Origin: Escherichia phage vB_EcoM_CUA3
DNA: 64,000 bases
Sequence record: PP410321
Direction: 5' to 3' (one strand)
Part shown: positions 7,789 to 19,398 of the stretch, in pieces
Layout of the letters: each line of letters opens with the position of its first letter
Numbering within the stretch: position 1 is the first letter of the stretch
Translations under genes and position numbers: made by a program
Notes under the pieces: generated by a model
What the model was told of the DNA's origin: nothing
Seen by the model: only the letters and a program-made list of their open reading frames with translations
Databases searched by the model: none

Positions 7789-8542
7789 TTTTATTTCCTA
7801 ATAATTTATCAATAGTAGTGTATAGTTCAGAAAGAGTGCCGTTATTTTCAACAACAACGTCACCAGGTAAAATTGGTAGACCCGCTTCAGTGATGTGCGA
7901 GTCTTGTACTTGACCGGTTTCAGCGCGAACTACATGAATAATCGTAGCACCCATCGCTCTGAGCGAATCAATTTCGTGTGTTTGACGAACATCAGGTACG
8001 ACATAGTATTTCGCATCAGAGTATATTTTATCAAAATAGTCTAAAGCGAACAACTTAACCCAATACATCTTATCAAATTGGTTAACAATAATATCAGTCC
8101 CAAGGGTCTGCATGAGACGACGTACTGACCAATTGTTATTTTTATTTATTACTTCAAACAGCTGGTCTTTTGTTTCTTCAGACAGATACTGAACTGGGGT
8201 AAGACCATAATGATACGCGGTACGAACATCAATTCCTGGAATAGGAAGGATATTATTCAGCTTAACAATAGCATGTTCAAAGATATCAATAACATCATAT
8301 GGTTTTAAAGGAAGGGCTTCTTCACGGTCATAACCGATGCCTTCAAAACAATTAAAATCCAATTTAGGCATATAGCTACGGTCGAATACAGGGTCATCAG
8401 ATATGTATTCATAAGCTTCAGCCAGATACTTTTTAATAGGACCCGCGAGTTGGAATTTTACAGAATCCATATTCTCAATTACATAGTTAGCAACGGTATC
8501 CTTACCGCTACGTTTGATTCCTACAATTGATATTAGTTTCAT
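7781..8542 (-). CDS. 1: gp1 deoxynucleoside monophosphate kinase
   Basis: MKLISIVGIKRSGKDT P-loop-like N-terminus and synteny (between 57A and 3); stop/start overlaps with neighbours. Confidence 0.85.
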
Positions 8543-9132
8543 TATTTTCTCATAGATGGATGCATAGACATACGAGCCACACGTTGTTCGGCATACGAAT
8601 CAATTTGTGGACGACCTGTAACTATTGTACCATCTATTTCTACAGCAAACGACTTGAAGTTGAATGTTGCTGTAGCGATTATAGCAGGGTCAGAATCTTC
8701 TTTATACGAGTATTGGATTTCCGATAGGTCGGACGGCCAACCGCCGTAGTAATGAATGCTCATTACGATTTTCTGTTTGTTGTTATCAAGGATATGGAGG
8801 GTAATCGCTTCAGGCAAGCCTTTAGGGTGCCAGGCTTCGGATTCATGTGTTACATAGTTGTTTAATGATAACATCCATTTATAAACGTCCATCCATGATT
8901 TCAACTCACGGTCTACAAGAAAGTTTACAATCAAGGGGTCGAATTCTACTGTAGAACCTGGCAGCTTAGCACGATGTATGCCCTGGGTCGATCCCGGGAC
9001 GTCTGAGATAGGAATATGGATACCAGGTAGTGTTACATCTTGCACGTTCAATTTGAATGACTGCGTCATTCCTGAGTCACTAACCTCTAAGATAAAGTTG
9101 GTAGTGTTAGTTTGGTTAAATAAACCGTTCAT
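8542..9132 (-). CDS. 3: gp3 tail completion / sheath stabiliser protein
   Basis: Synteny (1-3-2-4); start chosen at ATG 9130-9132 preceded by AGGAA; the ORF-track N-terminal extension to 9297 overlaps gp2 and is rejected; alternative start at 9069. Confidence 0.7.
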   Translation of the reverse strand: MNGLFNQTNTTNFILEVSDSGMTQSFKLNVQDVTLPGIHIPISDVPGSTQGIHRAKLPGSTVEFDPLIVNFLVDRELKSWMDVYKWMLSLNNYVTHESEAWHPKGLPEAITLHILDNNKQKIVMSIHYYGGWPSDLSEIQYSYKEDSDPAIIATATFNFKSFAVEIDGTIVTGRPQIDSYAEQRVARMSMHPSMRK

Positions 9133-9217
9133 AGGATTCCTATATTGCTTAAGTCCCAGACAGTGTATAATGGTCCTAGGTCTGTTCCATTCAATAACTG
9201 GCTGGGATAATAGATTA

Positions 9218-10054
9218 TTATGCGTTCTTCCATACTTTCTGAGCCGAGTAACGCTTACCTTTAGACATGAACTGTTGAAGTGGAAGCATGACCACATTAG
9301 CCCAATCAGAAGGTTTTATCTCTACTAAAGGTCCCTTGATATTTCCAGGGATATAAGCCTTAATCATCACGTCAGCACCAGCAAATCCTTTTACCTTACT
9401 CCAATCGATTTTTAATTTGGTCGAGTTCGTAATGGTAGGCGTACTCGCGTATTGCTTCAGCAATTCTTCTAGAAATTGTTGGCGTGCTTTAGGCGGAATA
9501 TAGTGTAAGTTCAACCCATACATCAGATTATGCTTACCGAGACCGAGATAAATGATTAAAGGATATTTGTCCCAGTAGGGTAATGTATCCTTGTGTTTAG
9601 CATCGTAGATATAAGCATAAAGCTTACCAGGAGATGGTTTAGATACCTGGTGTCCTCTAATTCCTTTCTTTAATGTTTCTGTAAACCATTTAGCTGATTT
9701 ATTGTTTACAGCAGCGCCTTCGTTAGCAATCTTATCACGAATACTCTTTCTAAAACTATTCACCAAAATCAATTGACGTTCAGCTTTGGTTAATTTATTG
9801 CCAGGTTTCTTCTGGAGTTTTTCGACCTGTACAGCAGTTTTAATTCGACTCGAGTATCGAGACATCGCAGATGTAAAGCTAGAATACTTAATGCCTTTAT
9901 CTTCAGCGAATTTCTTAGCCGAGACACCTTTGGCCTTAGCTTTGGCATATTCAACACCTAAAGCTATCCATTGTTGTTCTGAACGAGTAGGCTTGGAACC
10001 TTTTGTAGTTTCAGTAGCCTCATTGATGTAGGAAAATATACTCATCCTTTCCAT
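9218..10054 (-). CDS. 2: gp2 DNA end-protector protein
   Basis: 278-aa basic protein in the gp2 position; length matches T4 gp2 (about 274 aa). Confidence 0.8.
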   Translation of the reverse strand: MERMSIFSYINEATETTKGSKPTRSEQQWIALGVEYAKAKAKGVSAKKFAEDKGIKYSSFTSAMSRYSSRIKTAVQVEKLQKKPGNKLTKAERQLILVNSFRKSIRDKIANEGAAVNNKSAKWFTETLKKGIRGHQVSKPSPGKLYAYIYDAKHKDTLPYWDKYPLIIYLGLGKHNLMYGLNLHYIPPKARQQFLEELLKQYASTPTITNSTKLKIDWSKVKGFAGADVMIKAYIPGNIKGPLVEIKPSDWANVVMLPLQQFMSKGKRYSAQKVWKNA

Positions 10055-10491
10055 CCTAATTTTTTCAGTGAATGTTCGGTAATCAATCTAAAGGTGATAC
10101 CCATTTTATCTGCTGTAGCTTTAGCTGCTTTCCACTTATCAGTATTAACAGACCAAGTATAGTGTTCGTTGATATATCTCTTTTTAGCAGCCGTAGTCAT
10201 TTTAACAGGCACCGCAGGAGCATGGGTTTCTTTAAAAGGTTTGACTTCAAAAAAGAATTGTTGGCCTGTATCAAATTTAACCCAGAAGTCCATAAAATAT
10301 CGTCTTTTCTTTCCTTCGGCATTGCAAAAGTAAGGAATGACCACCTCTTCTGAATTCCACTGGACTACATTAGGATGGTTGTCAAGCCAACGCATAAACC
10401 ATGCTTCCCATGAGGAACGATATTGGATTTTCTTCCAGTCACCTTTATATTTTTGTAAGTTGGTAGGTTTAAATTTCCCTGAGTAAGCCAT
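10042..10491 (-). CDS. 4: gp4 head completion protein
   Basis: Synteny; start ATG 10489-10491 preceded by AAGGAGG and a minus-strand TATAAATA; about 149 aa as in T4. Confidence 0.8.
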   Translation of the reverse strand: MAYSGKFKPTNLQKYKGDWKKIQYRSSWEAWFMRWLDNHPNVVQWNSEEVVIPYFCNAEGKKRRYFMDFWVKFDTGQQFFFEVKPFKETHAPAVPVKMTTAAKKRYINEHYTWSVNTDKWKAAKATADKMGITFRLITEHSLKKLGWKG

Positions 10492-10502
10492 AGTTGCCTC
10501 CT

Positions 10503-10510
10503 TATAAATA
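10503..10510 (+). promoter_or_regulatory. late promoter TATAAATA for gene 53
   Basis: Exact TATAAATA 28 nt upstream of the gp53 ATG. Confidence 0.7.
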
Positions 10511-10517
10511 TTAATAT

Positions 10518-10525
10518 TATTTATA
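10518..10525 (-). promoter_or_regulatory. late promoter TATAAATA (minus strand) for gene 4
   Basis: Reverse complement of plus tatttata; divergent from the gp53 promoter. Confidence 0.65.
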
Positions 10526-10537
10526 CTCGGAGGCCCT

Positions 10538-11140
10538 ATGCTCTTCTCATTTTTCGATCCCATCGATTACGAATCAAAAACAGTCAAGCCGGATTCGGGC
10601 TCATTAACTAATGCCGATGTATTGAGCGTACCGATGACTGATATATTTAGAAATTATAAAGAATATTTTGATAAAGTGGCTAAAAACTATACACTAAAGA
10701 CTTATTATATCAACGGAGCTCCACGTCCTGAAGAACTTGCCAATCTTCTTTATGGCAACGTCCAATTATATTGGGTTCTACTGATGTGTAATAATATATA
10801 CGACCCGTATTATGGATGGATTACCGGCCAAGAAGCGGCCTACCAAGCAGCTGTCCAAAGATATTCTACAGCCGGCGGAAACCAGGTCCTTTACCATGTA
10901 AACGAAAAAGGTGAGAAATTCTGGAATCTTGTCAACACCCCGGAAAATCCATATACTTGGTATGATAAAGGTGATACAGAAAAACGTTATCCTCAATACG
11001 AAGGCCCGTTGGCTGCAGTAGATATTTACGAGGATGCTATTCGCAAAAATGAATATAAGCGCGAAATAAAAATTATAGACCCTAATGATATTGAGTCTTT
11101 TATTTCTGCTCTTATTCGTGAAATGGAGAAAGCCCTCTAA
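10538..11140 (+). CDS. 53: gp53 baseplate wedge subunit
   Basis: Sequence and length (200 aa) match T4 gp53 as recalled; synteny upstream of gene 5. Confidence 0.9.
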   Translation: MLFSFFDPIDYESKTVKPDSGSLTNADVLSVPMTDIFRNYKEYFDKVAKNYTLKTYYINGAPRPEELANLLYGNVQLYWVLLMCNNIYDPYYGWITGQEAAYQAAVQRYSTAGGNQVLYHVNEKGEKFWNLVNTPENPYTWYDKGDTEKRYPQYEGPLAAVDIYEDAIRKNEYKREIKIIDPNDIESFISALIREMEKAL

Positions 11141-12882
11141 TGATTAACATGTCTGATAACGTAAGTTGGTTCGTCGGTGTAGTTGAAGACCGAATGGACC
11201 CGCTCCAACAGGGCCGAGTACGCGTACGCGTATGGGGTATGCACCCGTATGAAAAAGTACAGGGCCCTGTAAAAGGCCTTCGTACAGAAGATTTACCATG
11301 GATGTCGGTATTAATGCCCACATCTTCTGCCTCTGTTTCAGGTATACAAACCGCTATGACAGGTATGGTCCCAGGTACACAAGTTTACGGACACTTTCTT
11401 GATAAGTGGAAATTAAACGGGCTTGTCCTAGGTACATATGGTTCAGCTTCAAAACAAAAGGCAAATCCAAACGAAGGTTTTAGCGACCCCACAGGACAGT
11501 ATCCACTTTATTTAGGTAATGATGCCGCTGCACTAAACCGAGGTGGTGAAGTTGGATACGACGCCACTTCTAACGTAATACAAGATGCAAACACTGATGT
11601 GGGTATTAATCCCGATGGGTTGGATTTAAGCCAAGTTAAGCCTGATGATAATCCTAATTTCACAATAGAAAACATGCTTCATCGTGATGAGGGTCTTCGT
11701 CTTAAGGTATATTGGGACACTGAAGGATATCCTACCATAGGTATAGGTCACCTTATTACTCCACAACCTATTAGAGATATGAATCAAATAAACAAAATAT
11801 TATCTAATCAAATAGGTCGTGAAGTTAAAGGAAACCCGGGTGCAATATCAATGGACGAGGCTTCTAAATTATTCCAAGAAGACCTTAAAAAAGTCCAGAG
11901 CGATATAGGCCGTCACAGTGTCGTAGGTCCGGTTTACAATAAAGAAAACCGTTCGAGACAAATGGCCCTTGAAAACATGGCTTTCCAAATGGGGTTAGGC
12001 GGGCTTGCTAAATTNNNNNNNNNNNNNNNNNNNNNNNNNNNNNNNNNNNNNNNNNNNNNNNNNNNNNNNGCTCGTAATTCAGTATGGTTTAACCAAACTA
12101 AGGGACGTGCCTCAAGGGTATCAATGATTATTCTTACCGGTAATATGGAATCATACGGTATTATGGCCCCTAAAGAAAGAGAATTTAATGGCCGTTCTTA
12201 TAGGATGATTCAAACCTTTGCGGCCCCTACAAATTCAGACCCGGCCGACCCATGGACTCCGGAAGATACAAGGATTCTTTTTAAAGAGCCAGATTCCAGT
12301 TATAAAGGCGAATATCCATATGTCCAAACTATGCAAACTGAAGGCGGGCATATCCAAGAATTCGATAACACCCCAGGGCAAGAACGTTACCGATTAATTC
12401 ACCCTACAGGTAGTTATGAAGAAGTTGCTCCTGACGGACGTAAAACTTCTAAGACTGTAGCCGATGGATATTATATGACCCAAGGCGATTCCAATACTTA
12501 TGTTGGTGGTAATAATAAAGTCAATATAGGTGGTGATGAAACCTATTATAATATGGCAAACGTTCGACGTCAAACTGACGGTTCTGAAAGCATTCATATT
12601 CGTGGTAATGAAACCAAAACGGTAGAAGGTGACGGAACCCTTATTGTTAAAGGAAATGTTACGGTTATTGTTGAAGGTAATGCCGATATAACTGTTAAAG
12701 GTGATGCAAAAACCTTAGTCGAAGGCAACCATGATTATACAGTAAATGGAAATGTTAAGTGGTCGGTAAATGGAAACGTTGATATGACTGTTGCCGGTAA
12801 TTGGTCTGAAACTATGTCAACAATGAGTTCAATTGCATCTGGACAATATACTATTGATGGTTCGAGGATTGACATTGGCTAA
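11140..12882 (+). CDS. 5: gp5 baseplate hub subunit and tail lysozyme
   Basis: 580 aa; N-terminal OB-fold region, lysozyme-like middle and C-terminal beta-helix repeats (VKGNVTVIVEGNADITVKGDAKTLVEGNHDYTVNGNVKWSVNGNVDMTV); short N run inside. Confidence 0.95.
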   Translation: MINMSDNVSWFVGVVEDRMDPLQQGRVRVRVWGMHPYEKVQGPVKGLRTEDLPWMSVLMPTSSASVSGIQTAMTGMVPGTQVYGHFLDKWKLNGLVLGTYGSASKQKANPNEGFSDPTGQYPLYLGNDAAALNRGGEVGYDATSNVIQDANTDVGINPDGLDLSQVKPDDNPNFTIENMLHRDEGLRLKVYWDTEGYPTIGIGHLITPQPIRDMNQINKILSNQIGREVKGNPGAISMDEASKLFQEDLKKVQSDIGRHSVVGPVYNKENRSRQMALENMAFQMGLGGLAKXXXXXXXXXXXXXXXXXXXARNSVWFNQTKGRASRVSMIILTGNMESYGIMAPKEREFNGRSYRMIQTFAAPTNSDPADPWTPEDTRILFKEPDSSYKGEYPYVQTMQTEGGHIQEFDNTPGQERYRLIHPTGSYEEVAPDGRKTSKTVADGYYMTQGDSNTYVGGNNKVNIGGDETYYNMANVRRQTDGSESIHIRGNETKTVEGDGTLIVKGNVTVIVEGNADITVKGDAKTLVEGNHDYTVNGNVKWSVNGNVDMTVAGNWSETMSTMSSIASGQYTIDGSRIDIG

Positions 12883-12892
12883 TATTCTACCT

Positions 12893-13368
12893 ATGAGCAC
12901 GGATTTAGGAGACTCCATGGAAGGAGCCTCAATCGATGTTACGTTTACCGCTCAATTAGAAACAAACGAAACATTAGTCGAAATAAATATAACAGAATAT
13001 GAGCCAACAGAAGGCATTATTGTCGATGGGGCTCGTTTATATGGAACCTATGAATCAGTATTTGGATTCTCTGAAGATGCGTTAAAATACCGATTAGGCG
13101 ATGAATTTAAAACAGCCGGTTCATGGAAAGATTTACCAGAGGACAAGAGCACTCAATTATACCTCTGGAAAGCCCCTGGTAATCTCCAGAAGACTTTTTC
13201 CTATACCGTCACATTAATCTATGACTTCCAAGAAGAGTCATCAGGAGGTGATACAGGGAGCTCAGGAGGAAGTAATTCTAGAGCCGGTAGTGAAACCGAC
13301 CCTCCTCCAGCACCAGTAAGAAAAACTCTTACTAAGGTCTATACAAAGGTTATAGTAGGTAATTGGAG
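12893..13368 (+). CDS. 5.1: gp5.1-like protein, N-terminal part (rest masked)
   Basis: ATG at 12893 directly after gene 5 stop; frame runs into N block 13369-14009. Confidence 0.5.
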
Positions 13369-14014
13369 NNNNNNNNNNNNNNNNNNNNNNNNNNNNNNNN
13401 NNNNNNNNNNNNNNNNNNNNNNNNNNNNNNNNNNNNNNNNNNNNNNNNNNNNNNNNNNNNNNNNNNNNNNNNNNNNNNNNNNNNNNNNNNNNNNNNNNNN
13501 NNNNNNNNNNNNNNNNNNNNNNNNNNNNNNNNNNNNNNNNNNNNNNNNNNNNNNNNNNNNNNNNNNNNNNNNNNNNNNNNNNNNNNNNNNNNNNNNNNNN
13601 NNNNNNNNNNNNNNNNNNNNNNNNNNNNNNNNNNNNNNNNNNNNNNNNNNNNNNNNNNNNNNNNNNNNNNNNNNNNNNNNNNNNNNNNNNNNNNNNNNNN
13701 NNNNNNNNNNNNNNNNNNNNNNNNNNNNNNNNNNNNNNNNNNNNNNNNNNNNNNNNNNNNNNNNNNNNNNNNNNNNNNNNNNNNNNNNNNNNNNNNNNNN
13801 NNNNNNNNNNNNNNNNNNNNNNNNNNNNNNNNNNNNNNNNNNNNNNNNNNNNNNNNNNNNNNNNNNNNNNNNNNNNNNNNNNNNNNNNNNNNNNNNNNNN
13901 NNNNNNNNNNNNNNNNNNNNNNNNNNNNNNNNNNNNNNNNNNNNNNNNNNNNNNNNNNNNNNNNNNNNNNNNNNNNNNNNNNNNNNNNNNNNNNNNNNNN
14001 NNNNNNNNNCNATA

Positions 14015-14308
14015 ATGTCGGGCTTAAGTTATAACCAATGCGTAACGGCAGGTCATGAAGCATGGCCTCCTACAGTAATAAATGCCACCCAGGGTAAAGT
14101 ATTTACAGGTGGCATTCCTGTACTAGTCGATGGGGACCCAATAACTCCTCATACAGAAATTAAAAAACCATATGAAACCCACGGTGGGGTAACCCAACCT
14201 AGAACATCAAAGGTATATGTTACAGGCAAAAAGGCTGTCCAAATGGCAGACCCTATTTCGTGTGGCGATACAGTCGCACAAGCCTCATCTAAAGTATTCA
14301 TAAAATAG
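14015..14308 (+). CDS. 5.4: gp5.4 PAAR-repeat spike tip protein
   Basis: 97-aa ORF ending immediately before gene 6, size and position of T4 gp5.4; ATG at 14015 right after N block. Confidence 0.8.
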   Translation: MSGLSYNQCVTAGHEAWPPTVINATQGKVFTGGIPVLVDGDPITPHTEIKKPYETHGGVTQPRTSKVYVTGKKAVQMADPISCGDTVAQASSKVFIK

Positions 14309-14316
14309 GAATTAAA

Positions 14317-16275
14317 ATGGCTACTCCTACGAATTACCAATTAACAAGAACCGTTAACGCTATCCCAAAAGTATTTGTGGGAGCTACGTTTGAAGAAATT
14401 AAAAAGAATATTATAGACTGGCTTTCCAGCCAGGACGAATTTAAGGATTATGATTTCGTTGGTTCTCGAATGAATATCCTTATTGATATGCTTGCTTATA
14501 ATACCCTTTATATGCAGCAATTTGCTAACACAGCTTTATACGAATCTTTTATAGGAACAGCAAACCTTCGTTCTTCGGTTGTCCAAGCGGCACAAGACAA
14601 TGGATATCTCCCTAGTTCTAAGTCTGCAGCCAAAACTAGTANNATGCTAACATGTACGCAAGCCCTTAATGAAAAGAATATTCGTATCCCTAGAGGTACT
14701 AAATTCCTGGCTTATGCACGTGATACATCAGCGGACCCGTATGCTTTTGTGACCACTGATAACGTTATTGCCGTACGTGATGTTAATAACCAATATTGGC
14801 CTATTGTTTCTTTGGCCCAGGGACGTATTATTCGTACCGAACTTAAATATGACCCTAAAACTCCTATTCTTATTCGTGACCCTGATATCGATAGACAAGA
14901 AGTTAGACTTTATGTTGATGGCGCCGAATGGATTAACTGGACTGATAAATCAATGGTTCACGCTGGCAGTACTTCAACAATTTATTATATGCGTGAAACC
15001 GTAGATGGTAATACAGAATTCTTCTTTGGTGAGGGTGAAGCCGAGAAATCTGTTGCAGGTGGAGTATTAGAAGCTAATTATATCGGTGGTCTAAAACCTG
15101 TTAAAGATTCTACTATTGTCATTGAATATCTTCGTACAGATGGTGAAGTTGCTAANNNNNNNNNNNNNNNNNNNNNNNNNNNNNNNNNNNNNNNNNNNNN
15201 NNNNNAAAANATNANNNAAANNTATNNNNNNNNNCCTGATTATGTGGGTGCTGATGGCGGTGGTGACCCTGAAGATATTGAACGTATTCGAGAGCTGGCT
15301 GTAGTTAAGCGTGAAGCCCAGATGCGTGCTGTTACAGGAACCGACTATGATACATTCGTGTCTGAACGTTTTGGTTCTATTGTACAAGCAGTACAAACCT
15401 TTACAGACCCAAATAAACCAGGTTATGCTTTTGTTACCATTAAACCTAAATCAGGATTGTATTTGACCGCGGTTCAACGTGAAGATATCCAGGATTATCT
15501 AAAAGAATTTAACTTAGCCCCTATTACCGCTTCTGTTATTTCTCCAGATTATTTGTTCTTAAAGCATAAAATTAAGGTATCGTATGCCTTGAATAAATTA
15601 CAGGAATCTGAACAGTGGCTATCGGCTCAAATTCTTTCTCAGATAGACCGTTATTATATTAACGAAGTAGAAATTTTTAACCATGGATTCGCTAAGTCAA
15701 AAATGCTGACTTATATTGATAACGCAGACCATAGTATTTTAGGCTCCTCTGCTACCATAACAATGGTTCGCGAGGTATTGAACTTTTTCAAAACTCCTGA
15801 GTCAGGTATTAAATACTATAATCAATACACTAACCGTTCTGTGGTTTCTAGTGAATTTGAGTTTGTCCCTACTAACGTTTCNNNNNNNNNNNNNNNNNNN
15901 NNNNNNNNNNNNNNNNNNACAGATAAAGATGAGCGTGGTGATGGTAAAATAGTTATTGGTCCTTTCCGTCCAGGAGATGTGATTGAAAACCAATATATTA
16001 AACCTTATACAGGAAATGACTTTGATAAAATGCCTGCTCCTGCAGACCAATCTGTTTATTACGTTATAGGTGAAATCGATTATTATTCAGATTTCATTTT
16101 CTGGGANNNNNNNNNNNNNNNNNNNNNNNNNGATCGTTTTGAAGTTCAATCTATAGAACTTTATGCAGGACCTGACCAAGATAACATCTTTACAAAAGAC
16201 GGTTCGTTAATCGTATTTGAAGATGACCTCCGCCCTCAATACACGACCATTGAATTAGAACCTATTACAATATAA
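14317..16275 (+). CDS. 6: gp6 baseplate wedge subunit
   Basis: 652 aa (T4 gp6 about 660); synteny; three short N runs. Confidence 0.9.
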   Translation: MATPTNYQLTRTVNAIPKVFVGATFEEIKKNIIDWLSSQDEFKDYDFVGSRMNILIDMLAYNTLYMQQFANTALYESFIGTANLRSSVVQAAQDNGYLPSSKSAAKTSXMLTCTQALNEKNIRIPRGTKFLAYARDTSADPYAFVTTDNVIAVRDVNNQYWPIVSLAQGRIIRTELKYDPKTPILIRDPDIDRQEVRLYVDGAEWINWTDKSMVHAGSTSTIYYMRETVDGNTEFFFGEGEAEKSVAGGVLEANYIGGLKPVKDSTIVIEYLRTDGEVAXXXXXXXXXXXXXXXXXXXXXXXYXXXPDYVGADGGGDPEDIERIRELAVVKREAQMRAVTGTDYDTFVSERFGSIVQAVQTFTDPNKPGYAFVTIKPKSGLYLTAVQREDIQDYLKEFNLAPITASVISPDYLFLKHKIKVSYALNKLQESEQWLSAQILSQIDRYYINEVEIFNHGFAKSKMLTYIDNADHSILGSSATITMVREVLNFFKTPESGIKYYNQYTNRSVVSSEFEFVPTNVXXXXXXXXXXXXXTDKDERGDGKIVIGPFRPGDVIENQYIKPYTGNDFDKMPAPADQSVYYVIGEIDYYSDFIFWXXXXXXXXXDRFEVQSIELYAGPDQDNIFTKDGSLIVFEDDLRPQYTTIELEPITI

Positions 16276-16302
16276 GCCTCTTAGGAGGTTTGAGGAGATT
16301 TA

Positions 16303-19300
16303 ATGTCTGTGCAAGCGCCTTCCGTTACTAGTTTGAGAATCGATAAACTCTCGGCTAACCATGTAAGTATTCTTTGGGATGACGTAGGCGCCAATTTCTA
16401 TTATTTTGTAGAACTGGCCCAAACCAAGGATGCGGGTGAATCTATACCCGATGATAAGTTATTTTGGAGAAATTTAGGTTACACCCCTACCAACAATTGG
16501 TTCGAAGAAAGATTTATTTCTCCTAATTCGTTTTATAAAATGCGTGTCGCTGTAGCAGCTCAAGGATTTGAACAATCTGAATGGGTTTATACAGAAGAAT
16601 TCGAGACGTTTTCTACTAACGCATATACCTTCGAGCATATGCGTGAATTTACTTTATCCAATAAATTCATTGAAGAAAAATTTACCAAAAATAANNNNNN
16701 NNNNNNNNNNNNNNNNNNNNNNNNNNNNNNNNNNNNNNNNNNNNNNNNNNNNNNNNNNNNNNNNNNNNNNNNNNNNNNNNNNNNNNNNNNNNNNAATTAT
16801 GTATTAAAGGCCGACCGTTTTCATGAGATTCAAGGAAGTATTCAAGCTGTATGTAAGGACCCTAATCGTTCCATTTTAATGGAGCTTGGTGGTGTACTTT
16901 ATCTTTTAGAAAGATTCCAGAACACTGCTAAGGTGTCTAATGACAAAGCTCAAAACTGGCACTATATTCGTTTGTTTAATGACCGAGTTGGTAATCCGGT
17001 TTCACGTACGGCTCATTACCAAACAGATACCACAACTTATGTTTTAGGTTATGACCGTATATTTTACGGACGTAAATCGAGTGATATCAGATGGTCTGCT
17101 GATGATGTACGTTTTAGCTCACAAGATGTAACTTTTGCTAAAATTGGTAGTGATATCGACCTTNNNNNNNNNNNNNNNNNNNNNNNNNNNNNNNNNNNNN
17201 NNNNNNNNNNTATTTCTACTATAGCAGAGGCAATGTGTGCTTCGGATGATTTTATTTACGTAGCGGCTAGAGACAGAGTTTATAAAGCAAAAACTACTGA
17301 TGCTCCTATTGACACCGACCCAGGTTCACCTACTTACGGTGAAAAAATATTTGAAAGTGGATATTCGACTATAACTGGCAACCCTAAAGCAGTTTGTTAT
17401 AAATTAGACTCCATTCAAGGAAGTACCTTTGCCTTAATTACGGGCGAAGTTAAAGAAGAAAGAATGGACCCTACNNNNNNNNNNNNNNNNNTTGATTCTG
17501 AATCTAAAGGTGTTTATTGGCTTGATGTTGAAACCGATACATGGACCCGAGTATTTGGTAACACTGAAGAAGAGAGACGCCGTATTGAGCATGGTTATAC
17601 CAGCATGTCTACAGACGGTGAAGAAATATTNTTTAGNNNNNNNNNNNNNNNNNNNNNNNNNNNNNNNNNNNNNNNNNNNNNNNNNNNNNNNNNNNNNNNN
17701 NNNNCTTCTGCCGTAAAATATGTTAAGGACGAGCAGTGGATTCATGATAAACATTATCTGATGATGAGCTTTAGAGCCAACAGTAAATCAGATTTTAAAG
17801 AATTCAAACCAGGTCGAATGGCCTATTACGCTGAACCGTTCTTTAGTTGGTCTAGACGCGATGGAACCCGCTCTTGGATTACCACAAGTAATCATGCGAT
17901 GGTGGTTTATAACGATGCGTTATATCAAAAAATNNNNNNNNNNNNNNNNNNNNNNNNNNNNNNNNNNNNNNNNNNNNNNNNNNNNNNNNNNNNNNNNNNN
18001 NNNNNNNNNNNNNNNNNNNNNNNNNNNNNNNNNTTTAAAAAATATTCTTCAGGTATCATGATTCACAAATCNNNNNNNNNNNNNNNNNNNNNNNNNNNNN
18101 NNNNNNNNNNNNNNNNNNNNNNNNNNNNNNNNATTTGGAAGCCTAAAGAAATAATGTTTACTGCAGAGCTCCAAAACCAAGAGCATGAAATTCCATGGAC
18201 CCCTAAAGAAGAAACAGGTGAACAAGACCCTGATTTGCGTCCTTTATTGGTTAAAATGGTTCCTGATAGTTATTTGCTTCAAGATTCCAACTTTGAAAAA
18301 TTCTGCGAATATTACCTTCAGTTTATTAGTGACGGCTCCGGCACTCATTATAATAACCTATTAAATCTTATTCGTAACCAATATCCTAGAGAAGAAGACT
18401 CGTGGGAATACTTATGGTCTGAAATCTATAAACGTAATATCTACCTGTCTAAAGAAAAGCGCGACGAAGTGGTTCGCTTCTTCCAGGCTCGTCAATCGGA
18501 TTTCTGGTCTACAAAAGGTACCGAGGCTTCATATAAATTCCTGTTTAAATTGCTTTACAACGAAGATGTCGAAATTGATATCGAGTCCAAGAACTCTATT
18601 GAATACGATATTATCGTAGAATCCGATAACATCAGTGAAGATATCGTTGGCCAAACAATTTATACCCCTACAGGAAGAAGTAATGTTACTTATATAGAAC
18701 GAAATTATAAAGATGGTAAATTGCAATGGCGTTTAACCATTCATAATCTTTTAGGTCGTTTTATAGTGGGTCAAGAGATTAAATCTGAACGCACATCATT
18801 TAAAGGTATGATAGTGCAGGGTGTACGCGGTAAAGAATTGTTAAGTAACAATATCGATTATATTAACCGCAACCGTTCTTATTATGTTATGACTATTAAA
18901 TCCAACCTCCCTACTTCTCGATATCGTAATGACGTATTGAGATTTGTCCACCCTGTAGGATTTGGTTTTATAGGGATTACATTGCTTTCTATGTTTGTTA
19001 ACGTCGGTTTGACATTAAAGCACACGGAAACCATTATTAATATACTTAAGAACTATAAGTGGGACTCAGGACTTCCATCCGAATGGTACGATAGAGTTGC
19101 TGTAATCGGATTTGATGGTAATATAGAACGAGACCCTAGAACAGGNGCTCCGGTTTATAACGTTGGACCTAAAGCAGGCGAACCTTTTGATATTCCTGCT
19201 GATTATGACGCAGAAAATGATTTCTCTGTATTCCAAGGCCAATTACCTCATGAACGTATTAAAAAGCATAGTCCTTTATTTGACCAAAGTGCAGTAACAT

Positions 19301-19398
19301 TTTCAAAATGGCGTGCTTTAGTTGATGACAGACTTAAAGCTGATATTGGAAACCCTAGAGACCCGCAAGACCCAACTCAGGTAAAAATTGATGATTAA
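16303..19398 (+). CDS. 7: gp7 baseplate wedge initiator
   Basis: 1031 aa (T4 gp7 about 1032); synteny; several N runs. Confidence 0.9.
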   Translation: MSVQAPSVTSLRIDKLSANHVSILWDDVGANFYYFVELAQTKDAGESIPDDKLFWRNLGYTPTNNWFEERFISPNSFYKMRVAVAAQGFEQSEWVYTEEFETFSTNAYTFEHMREFTLSNKFIEEKFTKNXXXXXXXXXXXXXXXXXXXXXXXXXXXXXXXXXXNYVLKADRFHEIQGSIQAVCKDPNRSILMELGGVLYLLERFQNTAKVSNDKAQNWHYIRLFNDRVGNPVSRTAHYQTDTTTYVLGYDRIFYGRKSSDIRWSADDVRFSSQDVTFAKIGSDIDLXXXXXXXXXXXXXXXXISTIAEAMCASDDFIYVAARDRVYKAKTTDAPIDTDPGSPTYGEKIFESGYSTITGNPKAVCYKLDSIQGSTFALITGEVKEERMDPXXXXXXXDSESKGVYWLDVETDTWTRVFGNTEEERRRIEHGYTSMSTDGEEIXFXXXXXXXXXXXXXXXXXXXXXXXXSAVKYVKDEQWIHDKHYLMMSFRANSKSDFKEFKPGRMAYYAEPFFSWSRRDGTRSWITTSNHAMVVYNDALYQKXXXXXXXXXXXXXXXXXXXXXXXXXXXXXXXXXXFKKYSSGIMIHKXXXXXXXXXXXXXXXXXXXXXIWKPKEIMFTAELQNQEHEIPWTPKEETGEQDPDLRPLLVKMVPDSYLLQDSNFEKFCEYYLQFISDGSGTHYNNLLNLIRNQYPREEDSWEYLWSEIYKRNIYLSKEKRDEVVRFFQARQSDFWSTKGTEASYKFLFKLLYNEDVEIDIESKNSIEYDIIVESDNISEDIVGQTIYTPTGRSNVTYIERNYKDGKLQWRLTIHNLLGRFIVGQEIKSERTSFKGMIVQGVRGKELLSNNIDYINRNRSYYVMTIKSNLPTSRYRNDVLRFVHPVGFGFIGITLLSMFVNVGLTLKHTETIINILKNYKWDSGLPSEWYDRVAVIGFDGNIERDPRTXAPVYNVGPKAGEPFDIPADYDAENDFSVFQGQLPHERIKKHSPLFDQSAVTFSKWRALVDDRLKADIGNPRDPQDPTQVKIDD

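Noticed and set aside
8542-9297. Full 251-aa version of the gp3 ORF
   Set aside because: The N-terminal 55 codons would overlap the 3' end of gene 2 by 80 nt; an internal ATG at 9132 with an AGGAA site gives a product nearer the T4 gp3 size.
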